Positions 1 through 12,489 of a stretch of 64,000 nucleotides of DNA are shown in pieces (the stretch's first letter is position 1; every line of letters begins with the position of its first letter). Made by a program: the position numbers and the translations under genes. The notes beneath the pieces are model-generated. The model made no database searches, was not told the origin of the DNA, and worked only from the letters and a program-made list of their open reading frames with translations. The DNA lies in assembly GCA_907165135.1 (NCBI GenBank), contig OU015570.1, positions 2,687,929-2,751,928 of the forward strand, read 5' to 3'. Origin of the DNA: Oikopleura dioica (taxonomy: Eukaryota; Animalia; Chordata).

Positions 1-106
1 GGATATCGAGGCGATAGAACATCTCACCAGCGAAGAAAAAGTTACTTGTGCTCTACTTGTCGACGAATGCGGGAAGGTTTTCTGCGTCGAGGGCGACCCA
101 GTCGGG

Positions 107-1536
107 ATGTTCAAAGAATATGCGCGAAAACCTACGATTCCTGGCAGAACAGCAGCTCGCCGGCAACACCCGATCGCACAGCAGTTTCAAGCTTGCGTAG
201 ATGACGAGCTCTCGGGCATGCTTAAAGACACGATCATCCAAAGATGCTACGACAGCCGAGGATTTAACAGCCCGATTCTGGCTGTCCCAAAGAAGACGGG
301 GCAAGCAAGAGTCTGTTGCAATTTCAAGGACACACTCAATAAAATAATAACGGAAGTGGACAGAGAGGTGTGGACCCTACCGCGGCTGGAGCAAATATTC
401 GCTACTGTTGGGCCACAGACTAAGTACTTCTCTACAATCGATGTCAGTAAGGGATATTGGCACTGTCTCATTCATCCAGATGATCGGCACAAAACCGCGT
501 TCAAATGGCGCGGGAAATGCTACATGTTCCGACGGCTTCCATTTGGACTTCTCCATGCGGGAGATATCTTCTGCAAATTCCTGCAAAACGCCCTGGACCA
601 GGTCGAGAGATCGAGCCAGATAGTGTCATATGTTGATGATGTGCTGGTCTTCGACGACTCATTCGAAAAACACATGATGACGCTGCGCCAGGTATTTCAG
701 GCGCTGCTGCGCTCAGGAGTACGCCTCGGTGCAGCAAAATGTAAGTTTTTCTCGAAATCGACGGTATTTATGGGGAGAAAAATAATACCAGAGGGAATAT
801 CGCCAGACCCGAAGAACGTTGCCGATATACTGAAGATCGAGCCGCCAACAAATAGAAAGGAGCTACTGTCTTGCCTGGGCATGCTTGGATGGGTCTCAAC
901 TTGGATATCGGCAAATTTGTCCGAGAACATCGCGGAGTACTGCTTTTCAAACATCACGAGAGAAATGACTAAATTGACAAAAAAGGTAACTTCGAAATCA
1001 TTTACTTGGCCTCCAGAAGCACAAAAGCCTTCGAGGAAGCCAAAAGAAGACTGACTGAGCCGACGGTCATTGCATATCCAGACTTCAGCAAGCCGTTTAT
1101 CCTGGCTACTGATGCAAGCGAATTTTGCATCGGCGCAACTCTGCTGCAGAAACAAAAAGGCGTTATCAGAATGATTGGCGCAGCATCTCTCACTCTCTCA
1201 GATACACAGTCCCGGTGGGCGACTCTAGAACAAGAAGGCTTCGCAATTCTCTGGGGAATGGAGCGCTTCAGATACTATTTAGAAGGGTCGAAGCCGTTCA
1301 TCGTCCTTACAGATCATAAACCTTTCGTCAACATCGACCGGAAGGCGACAAAAAATCGAAAAATTCAAAGGTGGAGAGAGCGCATGAGTCTGTTTAATTT
1401 TGCAGTGCAATATCTGCCGGGTAAAAACACGATCGCGGACTTCCTCTCACGGCCTTACGGTAAAACCGCTTCGTCGCAGACAGTAGATGACAGCGCAGCG
1501 GGTGAGTTCTACACCCAGGAAGGGGCAGGGCTCTAA
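107..1536 (+). pseudogene. pol: pol: reverse transcriptase + RNase H, frameshifted near 1020
   Basis: NSPILAVPKK, IDVSKGYW, RLPFG and YVDD in ORF 107-1054; LATDAS, EQEG, TDHK and ADFLSR in overlapping ORF 1006-1536. Confidence 0.92.
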
Positions 1537-1859
1537 ATTTACGTTCCTTCATGGTCATGTGGCGGCGTTTTTCCAAAAGAAATGCTCCTTACAAAAAGCG
1601 AAGAAGCTCAAGATTGCTCTGCCTTCACCAGTTTTGTTTGCAACTCATCGAACCTGAATCTCCACGAAATGATCGTCATAACACGAGCCCAGGAAGAGGA
1701 TATATCTTTGAGCACGGTTCGTGAGTACATCAAAAGGAAGTAAAGCCGGAGAAGTGGATACTTAACTCCTGCGGCGAGCGAGATGCATTTTTGCGTCACC
1801 GGAAGCGATACAAATTTCACGAAGGCTCGAACGTACTTCTGGTGAATTTGGAAGGGAGA

Positions 1860-2876
1860 GACCGCATCGTTATTCCGAGCTCATTAAAAACCCGGTTCCT
1901 GAAAAATGTCATGAAGTCGCTCATTTTGGAGTGAAGAAAACAATGGAGCTTCTCGATTGGGCGTGATGGCCAGGAATGCATGAGGACGTCGTGGACTATT
2001 GTGCATCATGCACCGTATGTTTGAAGGTAAAAGGATCCGACACACAGCCAAATAAGCCCGGCTTACTGACAATTCCGCGTGGAAGCCGTCCGTTCGAAAT
2101 TATTATGTTGGACTATATCGAGTTCGAGCGCAGTCAATCAGGCAAGAAATATGTGATGACTCTACAATGCCAATTAACGCGATTCGTACAAGTTTATCCG
2201 TGGGCGACACTTCGCGGCGGAACTCGTTACAAATCTTTGCAAACTGCTCAATGTCAAGCAGATCCTTCACGTCCCTTATCGCCCAGAAGCTTCAGGTACG
2301 ATCGAGTGGCTCCACCGTACTCTAAAATCAGCCATTTGGGCAGTCGCCTACGATCAAGGAGCCGACTGGGAAGACGTTATCGCCCCAGTCGTGTTCGCAA
2401 TAAATAGTGTAAAAAATAGGGCGACAAATATGAGCGCTTTCGAAGCCGTATTTGGCAGAAAATCATCCCCGGTGGGAATTACTGTACCAAGCTCAACGCC
2501 GACTGCAGAAACGCCGCACGACTACGCCCGACAATGTGCTGAGACTCTGGTCCGTTCTACCAAAATGATTAAACTCGCGCAGGAGCAAGTAGACGAGCGC
2601 CAATAACGCGCCGAACCGGCCTTTCGAATCCCAGAGGAAATTGAAAAAGGGGAGAAAATTTACCTGAAACGCCCAGTCAGCGCACTTGCGAAAAGGGAGC
2701 ACACCGAGATGATTGGTCCCTTCAAGGTAATCGCCTCAGATGGGCACGTGCTGTGTATCGAGCAGGACGGAGTCAACCGATGGGTCCACCGACACCATGT
2801 CGTCCTCGCTAAACGGAGACGCCCTGACCTCACTGATGAAATGGACGACTACGACAGCTCCGACGACGAGCCCTAA
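1860..2876 (+). pseudogene. pol: pol: integrase (Zn-binding region, core, GPF tail), several frameshifts/stops
   Basis: HFGVKKT...CASC, PFEIIMLDYIEF, AFEAVFGR and IGPFKV segments in shifting frames. Confidence 0.85.
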
Positions 2877-3180
2877 CAGCCGACGATAACAAAGAAAAGC
2901 CCAAACCGCAAATTAAACTTCGAAGAGGCACGCGAGAAAGACGTCAGGTCATGCCCAATCAAGCTGGCTCTTCACTTTAAACGCCGAGGTAGTCCTTAGC
3001 ATTTCAAATTTTCATCCTTTCTTTTCGCATCTTTCTTCACCAATTCTATTCTACTCGTCTGCCACCGAAGCCTGGAAATAACATCATGCGCAGATCCTTA
3101 ATCGCCGAGGTAGCATTCTCACTTTCAAAAACTCATTTTTTTTCTCTTCGCGAACACGAAGCGCCAGCCTGTGCGATTTT

Positions 3181-3274
3181 CGTCCCTAACCTATGCGAAT
3201 TACGTCCCTGGCCTATGCGAATTTCGTCCCTGGCCTATGCGAATTACGTCCCTAGCCTATGCGAATTTCGTCCC
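3181..3274 (+). repeat. 22-bp tandem repeat (~4.3 copies) in the retroelement 3' UTR
   Basis: CGTCCCT(A/G)(A/G)CCTATGCGAATT(A/T) repeated head-to-tail. Confidence 0.95.
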
Positions 3275-3380
3275 GAGCCCTTGGACTGGTCGAGAAACCG
3301 CCTAAAGCTTTAATCGACGAGTAACGAACCGATCGCCATTTCGCCAAGAATAAAGTTCCGACCGAAAAATTGGGGGAACA

Positions 3381-3558
3381 TGTGGGACTGGACAGACTGT
3401 ACTTATTCGATCACCACTTTATTATGTAACTTCCGTGCCGCTAAACGTCAGCTCCTCGAGTAAGAGAGCCGGCATTCTCAACTTACCGACTTAACAATAA
3501 AGTCCCAGCTCAAAGTAACAAGAGTGTTATTTATTGTACGCAGTTCGCTGATCCCACA
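3381..3558 (+). repeat. 3' LTR (178 bp) preceded by polypurine tract
   Basis: Starts TGTGGGA and ends TCCCACA (inverted termini); AATAAA at 3496-3501; GGGGGAA just upstream. Confidence 0.8.
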
Positions 3559-3726
3559 GCCGTGAACAGATATGGCCATGTCTATGAAAATGTCAACTAT
3601 TGACAACAACTGAAAACTACCTGAGATTGAATCAATCCTAGGCAAATAACCATCGCTAAAACGAGGTACCGGGGGTTTTTCCGCGGAGGCTTTCTCCTTG
3701 ACGATGTACTTGCACATGTCTAAAAA

Positions 3727-4536
3727 CAGGGATGTAAATCACCCCACCCCAGCCACCCCACCCTAACACCACCCCGACATTTCGACTTCGCCGTGAGAAC
3801 CACCCCACCCCACCCTGTAAAATTCTAAGATGGCTTCGAACCACCCCACCCCACCTCACCCTCAGGGTGCATAAAAATGAAACTATTTTAATTTTATGAA
3901 CTTGGTCGAAAAAACCCTGTGTTTTGGCCTGAGTCAGGCACCTAAACCTGACTCAGAGTTGTTAATGTCGTACATTGCTACCACGGTTTCGAAAAACTGA
4001 TACTACCTACTACCATAACTAAAAAATGTAGTATGCGGTAAACAGTTTACTAACATTTAACACCAGGAAAATAACTAACAATTTAATTTTTTGAAGTCAA
4101 ACTAGATCCGTTGTATTCCAATTAGCATCTTTAAATATAGAAAAGAGACATAAATAATGCATAAAAAGTTAAAACGTCTCTTCTTGAGAAAAATTTGTGA
4201 AAAATTGCATATTTCCAATGTAGTATTACTACACACTTCTGAGAATGCTACTACATACTAACATTACTACCGTCCAATGCAGAGATATAAGTTAAATATC
4301 ATATAACTCACCCCACCCCAGCCACCCCACCCTAACACCACCCCGACATTTTGACTTCGCCGTAAGAGCCACCCCACCCCACCCTGAAAAATTCCGAGGT
4401 GGCTTCGAATCACCCCACCCCACCCTGAGAAAATTGAGGTGCTTCCGTGACCACCCCACTCCACCTCAAAAATATCATGGTGCTATGCAACCACCCCACC
4501 CTCGAGGTGGGGTGGTCAGGGTGATTTACAACCCTG
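3727..4536. mobile_element. hAT-like non-autonomous TIR element (810 bp)
   Basis: TIRs CAGGG(A/T)TGTAAATCACCC; flanks TCTAAAAA / TCTTAAAA (7 of 8 match); many CACCCCA subterminal motifs. Confidence 0.8.
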
Positions 4537-4569
4537 TCTTAAAAAGTAAACATAAGCCTTTATTCAATT

Positions 4570-6460
4570 TGTTTTGTATCCGTAAAGAGCATGGAACTCG
4601 TTGAGCAGATTCGCATATTTGATGGCAGTTTCAACTATAAAAAATTGTTATTGATTGATTTGGGCAAAGTTCAACCTTGACCCCGAGTGCGAATGAAAGC
4701 ATTGAGTGGACGAGGTGGAACAAAAGATCGTCGAACAAAAGCGGAGAGAGGTCGGCCGTAATTGGAGCGCGACGGGTAGGGAGTTGGTGAACGCGGCGCT
4801 GCTGGAGTTGTTGGCGCTGTTGAAACTGGCGCCTCTGGAACTGGCGCCTTTAACGCTGGCGTATCAGGCGATGGAGCGCCTCGGGACGGAGATGGAAGCT
4901 CTTGGAAATAAGGATCCTGCGTATCTTCCAATTTCAACATTTTTGGTGGCGAAACTAATCAAATCTATTCAAATTTCGTGTTTGTGTGTACCTGTAATTC
5001 CATCGTCTCGGACAGTATAGCCTAATTACCATTAATTGGGAAAAAATGTGAAATCAACCTTTTGTCGGAGTTGTTAACTCAATTGCAGGGGCAAGGCTGT
5101 TGTCGGTTCGTTGAGCAACGCTCAAAGTTGCTTTGAGGTGCCCGTATTTGACACTGAGTTGAACGCCGTCAAAATCTTTGACGGCTAAAAACTTAAATCG
5201 GCAAATTCCGTTTGACTAACCTTTGTAAATCTTTTTAGCGCTTTTTGTAACGCTCTTTTGCATAGTCTTCCGAAAAAACTTTTTGGGAGACTTTTTCGGA
5301 CAAAATCTTCGACGTTTGGCAACAACTCCCCCGGCAGAAGATCGTCGCCGTTTACCCGCTATTCATAATAAAATTTGATTTTTAATCGATCAAACCTTTG
5401 AAACTGGGCAGGGGTTGAACTAAATTAATATTTGAACCAAATGTATCACTTATTTTACCTTGAGAGTCGAGCTCCTTGAAAGTCTTGCCGATGCTCTTGA
5501 AAATCTTGAAATCGTCTGCCCGTGTCGTCGAGCCTTGACTAGTTTTCGACTAAAACCTAATTAACTATGATCTTTTCAACAAAATACCCATTGAGAAAAG
5601 CGCGTTTCCCAGTATCATTGCCCCCCACTCGATCGCTTGCATCAACATCGCAATTGTTGACATTAATCGCGCCAATGTCAGTATGCAAGCTTCGAGAAAG
5701 GCTGGACTCATCTCGGCAAACATCGTTCTCTGGTCTCTGTGATTCCGAGGTAAATCCTCCTCCTCCATGGGTCATTTCGAGTTATTCTAAATTTTTTAGT
5801 TAAAATACCCTAATCTTGGTGTCGTGAGCTAACAGTAATTAACTGTGAATAAAGTATCAAATGTCCATCAGTGAGTAAATAAAAATTTCAGTTCAAGATC
5901 AGGCGCAGCATGTAGTCCGATTAGGGAACGATCAAGTGTTTCACGCCGTGAAAACAGGTTTCTGATGTGGGCGGAAATTCACCTTCGGCAATCTTCAAAC
6001 GACGGCGCTAAAATAGCAATTAACCTTTGTTTGCATATTGATCTTACATAAGTTTCACACCATTTGGAAGATTTGAAAATTTCCGGCACATCAATCATCT
6101 GGCGTAGAACGAATTTGGTCAACTTGTCGTTTCTCTAACCATTGTTTGATTAAACCTCTTTGATATCTCACCTCAGATTCAAGTTTTATCATTCGGCGAT
6201 CGTGTCTCTCAATGGCGAGTCTCTGAAAATATTTTTTAAGTTTTATTTAACTTATTTGACTCACCAGTTGGTTTGCGCAAAATCCGAGTGGAAAATCGTC
6301 CCAGCAAAGTGGATTCACTATGATGCAAATATCGTCCACCAGACAAGAAGAGTTGTCATCGTCAACACTCTCGCATAATTTCAAAATCGGCATTTTTGAG
6401 TACTCCATCCACAAAGTAAAATCCTCTTCACAACTAGAACAGTTGGAGTTTCCACACAAA
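4570..6460 (-). CDS. one or two multi-exon orphan genes with short introns (models not fully resolved)
   Basis: Protein-like exons (CGNSNCSSCEEDF..., RLAIERHDRR..., DDFKIFKSIGKTFKELD, PALKAPVPEAP...) bounded by GT/AG and short AT-rich gaps; some joins contain stops. Confidence 0.4.
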
Positions 6461-6510
6461 CATAGTGTGAACTCAATTTTTCAATCTAAAAATTCCAAAT
6501 TATTTTTTTA

Positions 6511-6640
6511 ATAATTGATCGAATAATTCGAATAATTATTTTTTCGAATTATTCAATTGAATTATTTAAAATTCAGAGGCAAAGCAGGTAGTAGCAGTAC
6601 TTCGGATAATTATTTGAATTATTTGATTGAATAATTCAAA
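6511..6640. promoter_or_regulatory. cluster of AATTATTC/GAATAATT palindromic motifs 5' of a minus-strand gene
   Basis: Dense repeats of GAATAATT/AATTATT(C/T); similar arrays at 7770-7865, 8995-9045 and 10115-10150. Confidence 0.45.
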
Positions 6641-6729
6641 TATTCTGTGGCGAAGCGGAGCAGTAGCAAATTTTTTTCAATTGATCTCTTCTTATCTAAA
6701 TATAATCAATCCTTTTTTCTTGGATGTAA

Positions 6730-7759
6730 TCATACCTTCTTTTGAAATTGAATGATTATTTTGCGCCAATCATCATTTTCTTCCCCATCACTTTCTTTAG
6801 CACTTTCTTGACCGCTTTCTTGACCACTTCCATCCGATCCACTTTCTTGACCGCTTCCATCGCTCTCCTGACCGCTTCCATCACTCTCCTGGCCGCTTCC
6901 ACCGCTCCCCTGATCGCTTGCATCGCTCTCCTGGCCGCTTCCATCGCTCTCCTGCACTCCATCTTGCACATATTGATTCTCGAACTCATCTTAATCTTGT
7001 TAAATTGGCTTTCTAACGCATCATACCTTGCTCGAAAGAATCAGTCGAAGAGGAGGAGGAAGACATGAAACTCGAATAGTCGTAATCTTCTTCATCCCAT
7101 TCTTATAAAAATCAACAAGGAGTAATTTTCCAAAACTTACCGTATCGAAGAGATCGAGCATGACGAGCGAGATCAGGTTCAGTGCGGGGTGGTTGAAATG
7201 TATCACGGAGACAGTTCTGGAACATTGAATAAATCACAATTCCAGCGGCACCGAGCACGATTCCAATGAGAAGAGTGATCGAGTAGGTGCAGATGTTTGC
7301 ACACTTTAATATTTTTATTTTTTCTCTTATTGCTTTCTTACCTTGGGACCCTCACTTCGAACCTGGCAACGAATCTTGCCCTCCAAATTCTCACTGAGAA
7401 AGTTCGCCATCGCCTCAAGATCCTGATCGCTCAAATTTTCGGCCTCGTCCATGCTACGAATTATCTATCAAATTTGAAAAATTTTCTTACTTTTGAGACT
7501 TTTTGAATTTGGCCTTAAAAATTGGCGAGTTTTGAATACGGTCACTAACGGTCTGCCGCCCTCCTTCAAGCATATCTGAATCAAATTCTCTTAGTTTGAA
7601 AAACCGACTGTAATCAAAAATTATCAGGATTAACGCGAAACAGTGGCGCCGGGAAGGAATTCTCTGCTTTCCCACAACCTGCTGACCTTCCTCAACCAAT
7701 CCGAAACCTTGAACTTCTTTTACCAGTCGAACATACTTTCCAGAATTGAAATGAGTCAT
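6730..7759 (-). CDS. spliced gene: single-pass membrane protein with acidic Ser/Gly repeat tail
   Basis: Phase-compatible exons ...EGPK|CANICTYSITLLIGIVLGAAGIVIYSM...RY|EWDEEDYDY...EQ|DEFENQ...(GQESDGS)n; hydrophobic stretch of ~20 aa; 21-bp repeats at 6790-6960; first exons less certain. Confidence 0.6.
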
Positions 7760-7866
7760 TCCAAATTTCGAAATTTGTTTTTATTTTGATTTATTCGAAT
7801 TTTTCAATTTATTCAAATTTATTTGAATTATTCAAATTTTTTCGAATTATTCGATTTATTGAACAG

Positions 7867-8884
7867 TTAAAATGAAAAATAATCTTCAATTTCTTCGTCG
7901 GTCTTGACGAGTTTTCCACCGCAAATGGCAACGCTGACGCCACTTTCTCCAAAGATGCCAACACAGAACCTTCCGTCTTTCAAAGCCTGTGTTGAAGCCC
8001 TCATGTTATCCTCAACAAGTTCAACCCAGCCACGACCATGAGCCATGGCGAGATTGTATGTCGATTCGTTTCGATCGGCTGAATAAAATTAATTTCAATT
8101 TGAAAACCATGGACATACCGTGCAGTTGCAAACGCCACAAGTTGGCAATCTTGCTGCCAAACGGAAGCTTCTTGGATGCAAGAAGTCTTCCTCCCTTACT
8201 CACATACTGTAAATAAGTATGTTCGACAAACAATTGGCGACGAACGCAAGGCGAGAAGGGTGGTGGAGACTCGCCTTGAACAACGTCTTCGTAGTGATAG
8301 ACGCATTCAGGCGAAAATTGAGGAGGGGAAGTTCGTTGACCTCTGAGCGGTCGTGGCGAGTAAGCTGGTGGTGGCTCGTTTCCAACAGGATGAGCGGTGG
8401 CAACAAGCGTTCCGTTCTCCAATCGATCAGCGCCTTCCACGTCTACGGCTTCCTGGAAGACGACATCGGTATCCAACAACTCTATCTGCTGCTTCGGGAT
8501 AACGATGTCGAGAGGATCCTGCTCCCAGATTTCTTCTTCTTCTTGCGCAGAAGGAGTTGAGTACGACACCTCGTCGGAGAAATCGTCTTTGTCGTTCTCA
8601 CCTTATTTTATTAGAATTTTTAGATTTGTTGAACACAAACCTTCGTGATTGTCCGGGAACAGTGAGTCGTTGGCGACGGCACCTTATTCAAATAAGTTTT
8701 ATTTTTATTAAACTGACTTACCAGGCATATTGTTGTCCAAAAACAACGAGTCGTTGCTTTGAGCAGCAAAAGCACCTTGGACAAATCGGCTGTCGTCCGA
8801 AAACAGGGAATCCGTGTCCATTCGCGAGCACTCGGGCTGCACAATTATAAAAGATAGAAAAATTAATCATACCTTCTTGACCAT
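7867..8884 (-). CDS. spliced orphan gene: acidic protein with three DSLFxD repeats and a PPxY motif
   Basis: Exons MVKK|PECSRMDTDSLFSD...SNDSLFLD|GAVANDSLFPD|GENDK...PPPAY...LQLH|ADRNE...YFSF* join in frame over ~35-45 nt GT-AG introns; start uncertain. Confidence 0.6.
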
Positions 8885-9668
8885 TACGAAACAATTGGAT
8901 GTTGCGCTTACAGCGGCAAATCTCCTTCTGCTTGCTTATGCTCATTTGCATGCTTAAAAATACACGTTCTAGAAATTGTTTTGAAAATTTTAATTCTTTG
9001 AATTATTCAAATTATTCGAATTATTCAATCGAATATTATTGATTATTTATCCCTGCTCTCAGCATGAAATTTTTTAATCAATCAATCAATTGATTTGCTA
9101 TATAAGACCAAAAAATGTTAAATCGACACAAACAATGCCAGGTTAAAGAAGAGAATTGATAATTCGAACGCCTGCTGAATTTTTGCGGTTGGCACCTTTT
9201 ATACACGAGAACTATGACAGAATAATCTTTCTCAATCAAAAAGATCAGATGTCGTTCGACCTCGTCCAATGCATCAGCAGTCGATCATGCGAAAATCCGA
9301 TATGTCAAATACAACAAAAAGCTATGGAAGATGCTCATTTCAACGCTACTATCATCAAGACCTGGGGAGAACGCAGTCCAAGAAGCACCAACTTTTTCGT
9401 CGATGTCTTTGATTTTCTGCAATAATTTTACTCGTTTATTACTGTCAAAGATTGAAGAAAGTCATCATTGTAGCTGGCGCTGCAGAGTCGGATTGGGAAT
9501 GTATGATCTGTACTGAAATCTTATTGTCATTCTATAACTAATTCTTTTTTACTTTCGTGTTCTATTTTACCAACCTTTTTAACACTGTTTAACCAATTTT
9601 TCAAATTGAATCGAATATTATGGTCTTTCTGAAAAACCATAATAAATTTTTCTTTATGCCTTTTTATA

Positions 9669-10017
9669 CCGTCGTTTTCCATCTTAAGAGCGTTTTTCAG
9701 ATGACAAGGGTAGACCAAAACGCTCTTAAGTTGGAAAATTTACGATCAAACTAGGATGACAGTGGGAAAAAATGATGAATGAAAATGCATAAAAAGAATT
9801 TTTCCAAAACTCTAAAAATGCATCTGAGGTCATTTTTACCTATTTATGATAAAAAATTACGATCTTTGAATCAGAGGCTGTGATTTCACCTGAGAAAAAG
9901 CGTAGAAAACAATTTTTTCAATGATTTTTCAGGTTGAAATAAACGTTATTCTAATTATTAATTAAAAATTCCTAAAAACGCTCGAAAGTTGGGCGCTCTT
10001 AAGATGGAAAACCACGG
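9669..10017. mobile_element. Tc1/mariner-pogo type MITE (349 bp)
   Basis: 24-bp TIR CCGT(C/G)GTTTTCCATCTTAAGAGCG; TA on both sides. Confidence 0.85.
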
Positions 10018-10562
10018 TATTTCTGTGACCAATAAATGTCGAAAAATGAACACAAAGCTGTTGAAATCAGAAAGGAACTGGATGAATATTCAGCAGATAA
10101 ATATATATATATAATTGAATAATATAATTGAATTATTTGAATAATTTATCAATCAGATGTCAAATATTTATGGGATTGCGTAGGTTATATATGCGTAGGC
10201 GCATGTCCAAAATTGACCAATGAGAACCCTGGATTTGGGCGCCAAATTCAAATGGACCAATGAGAAAGCTTCACTTTGGATGTGCACCCGTACATACATT
10301 CACTACTAAATTATAGGGGTGCAGTGGTTTTTATAGTCGCCATCGCCAACGCTGGAAAAGAGAGGGGCGAGCTGTCTAGGTATGATGGAACGAAAGCCTT
10401 GGCGTTGGGCGCGTCACGGCTCACTGAGCATAATAACGTTGACCACGCGCGCTAGAATCCCATATTTCGAAGCGAAAACAGTAGGAAAACCACTACATAA
10501 ATACCATTTTTGCAAAATGTAATAAAGAAATTTTAATGATGTGAATCCCCTTAAATTATTAA

Positions 10563-10955
10563 CCCGTTAATAGGCGCGTGGCTTTCTCACGGCCACGCAG
10601 CCTTTGGAGAGCGATAAGATAATCGAAACTATATTTTTTATCCAAAATTTTTGTATTTTTTAAAAATTTCATCAATTCTCTGCCTACTAGTATCAATTTG
10701 AAAAAAATCGGCCTGAAATTCTGCTCAGGAGAAGCGAAAGAAAAATTTAAGTCAGCGACAAAAAGGGAAAGCGTAATACAAATCGCCCGCCTTTTCCCTT
10801 CTTTCCTTTTTTTTTTCAATCTCAGCGCCGAAAATGACGTAACTTTCGCCTACGCTTTAACCTGTTTGTGATTGAGTGAAATCATGGATCCGGCCATGCG
10901 ATTGGCTACTCGTTTCCTCGCGTGGCCGTGAGACGGCCACGCGCCTGTTAACGGG
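10563..10955. mobile_element. piggyBac-like MITE (393 bp)
   Basis: ~36-bp TIR CCCGTTAA(T/C)AGGCGCGTGGC..CTCACGGCCACGC; TTAA at both ends; extra CGGGTTAA unit on the right. Confidence 0.8.
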
Positions 10956-11332
10956 TTAACGGGTTAATCCCTATGAGCTCACCCATTGCTATGAGCATAG
11001 ATCAAGGGTGTAGCTTTGTTAAATGAATAAAATAAAGAAAACCCTTTATCCTGGTTTCACTGAAATCTGGTCCGCGCTTGGCCTAATTGAGCAAAATCCG
11101 TGACAAAAGCATTGAATCTGACTGTATAAAAAATAAATCGGTTATTGACGTCTACCCCCTTAAAAATTTTGGTCATTTTGAACAATATTGCTTGCTGAAT
11201 GCTTATTTTCGGCTCTTGCGCGCCGTTCAGCGGCTGTTCTTTTCATTGAGTTCAAAATCCAATCTGCCAAATTTTTGGAAATAAAATTTGTTTTCAAAAA
11301 GTAAAATACGGTCGGGACCGTGATTATAGCGG

Positions 11333-12489
11333 TCAGTATAAAAATATTGTTGATGAAATCCAGTAACTTGTATGAGCATTGTTCGAAATAGGCTCATTCT
11401 TATCATTTATCAAATTGTATTCGGTTGAAATATTCGTATTAATGTACGAAACTAAAGTATCTATTCCTGGCTCTATCAGTTTTGTAGTGGCGAGCCTTTC
11501 AGACTTGCCGAGAAAATTCAATTGGTAATTATCACAAACGATATGTAAATTATAAAATGATCTATGTATTTTCGTGATGCCGATATCTGTGATAGCTACG
11601 GCTTCAATTTGTTCTGGAAAATTGTTTGCCTCAAGTACAGTCATTACTGGCTTGTTAAAATGTGAAATAAACAGATTATCTTTGTTTGAAATATCAAATA
11701 GACAGGGTGATGGAAGGAATATTTTTTCGAAGCAAACCGGGTTGATCTGAGTCAAATCCGATGGAATTATAACAATTCATATAACATAATTCAAATTTTA
11801 ATCGTTGTACATACAAAAATATGTTCCAGAATTTTTTAAACAATTATCCAAGTCAAAAGAGTAGTTTTCAATTTTCCTATGATGGTCGGAACCTGAGCCT
11901 TACTGTAAATATATGTGTAATTAGATTTAATAAATGGGGTAGCTACTGTTGTTATTTTCTGTAAAGTTATAATTTTAGTGAGAAGAGGCATAAAAAAATT
12001 AATCCAAAAAGAAATTGTTATCGTATTATTTTTCTTGACTGCACTTATATAAATAAGTTTATGATTTTGTTCGTGTAAATATAGTTTGCATGCATTTAAA
12101 TCCTTATTTTCCTTCATGCACAACTTAACTAAAAGTCTCTACGCAATATTTCCTGGCGTTTTTTTAATTGAAAATATGATATCGGGAAATGTGTTCTCGA
12201 AAATAAGTGAATGTTTTGAAAATGATATTTTTGAACATATCCTCATTTATTTTCTTAGAAAGGGTGAACTCCTCCCTAATGAATTCGGATAATGTTACAG
12301 TGTTTCGACACAGTTTATCGCTAATTTCTGTGTGGTCATTTGAAATATCCGTGATCTTATTTTCAAGAGTAGAAATTTTTCCCGATAGACTTTGGTACGC
12401 GAAAAATCGCTCGACAAAGCCGATATCGCTAAGATGTTACTTATTATTCCACGTGGTTTTCTGGGCAAGTCCTCGATGATCCTGACCAA
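11333..12489 (-). pseudogene. env: env-like glycoprotein fragment (cleavage site, fusion peptide, heptad, TM-subunit ectodomain), frameshifted
   Basis: RKPR|GIISNILAISALS, heptad-like LENKITDISND..KLC, and ITLQKITTVATPF..YIYSKAQVP resembling the two other env ORFs in this window. Confidence 0.6.

Larger units (their letters stand above)
1..3558 (+). mobile_element. 3' part of a degenerate env-less Ty3/gypsy LTR retrotransposon (pol, 3' UTR, PPT, 3' LTR)
   Basis: RT, RNase H and integrase motifs in gypsy order, followed by a purine tract and a TG...CA LTR; only ~500 bp lie between the integrase end and the PPT. Confidence 0.9.

Noticed and set aside
6742-7068. Plus-strand hydrophobic 108-aa ORF
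   Set aside because: Antisense shadow of the 21-bp GQESDGS repeat exon on the minus strand
8718-8951. Zinc-finger-like reading CRC...CPRCFCC
   Set aside because: Splice phases fit the alternative DSLFxD frame, which is repeated across exons
10320-10497. Possible small TIR element (CAGTGGTTTT / AAAACCACTA)
   Set aside because: Short TIR and no TSD
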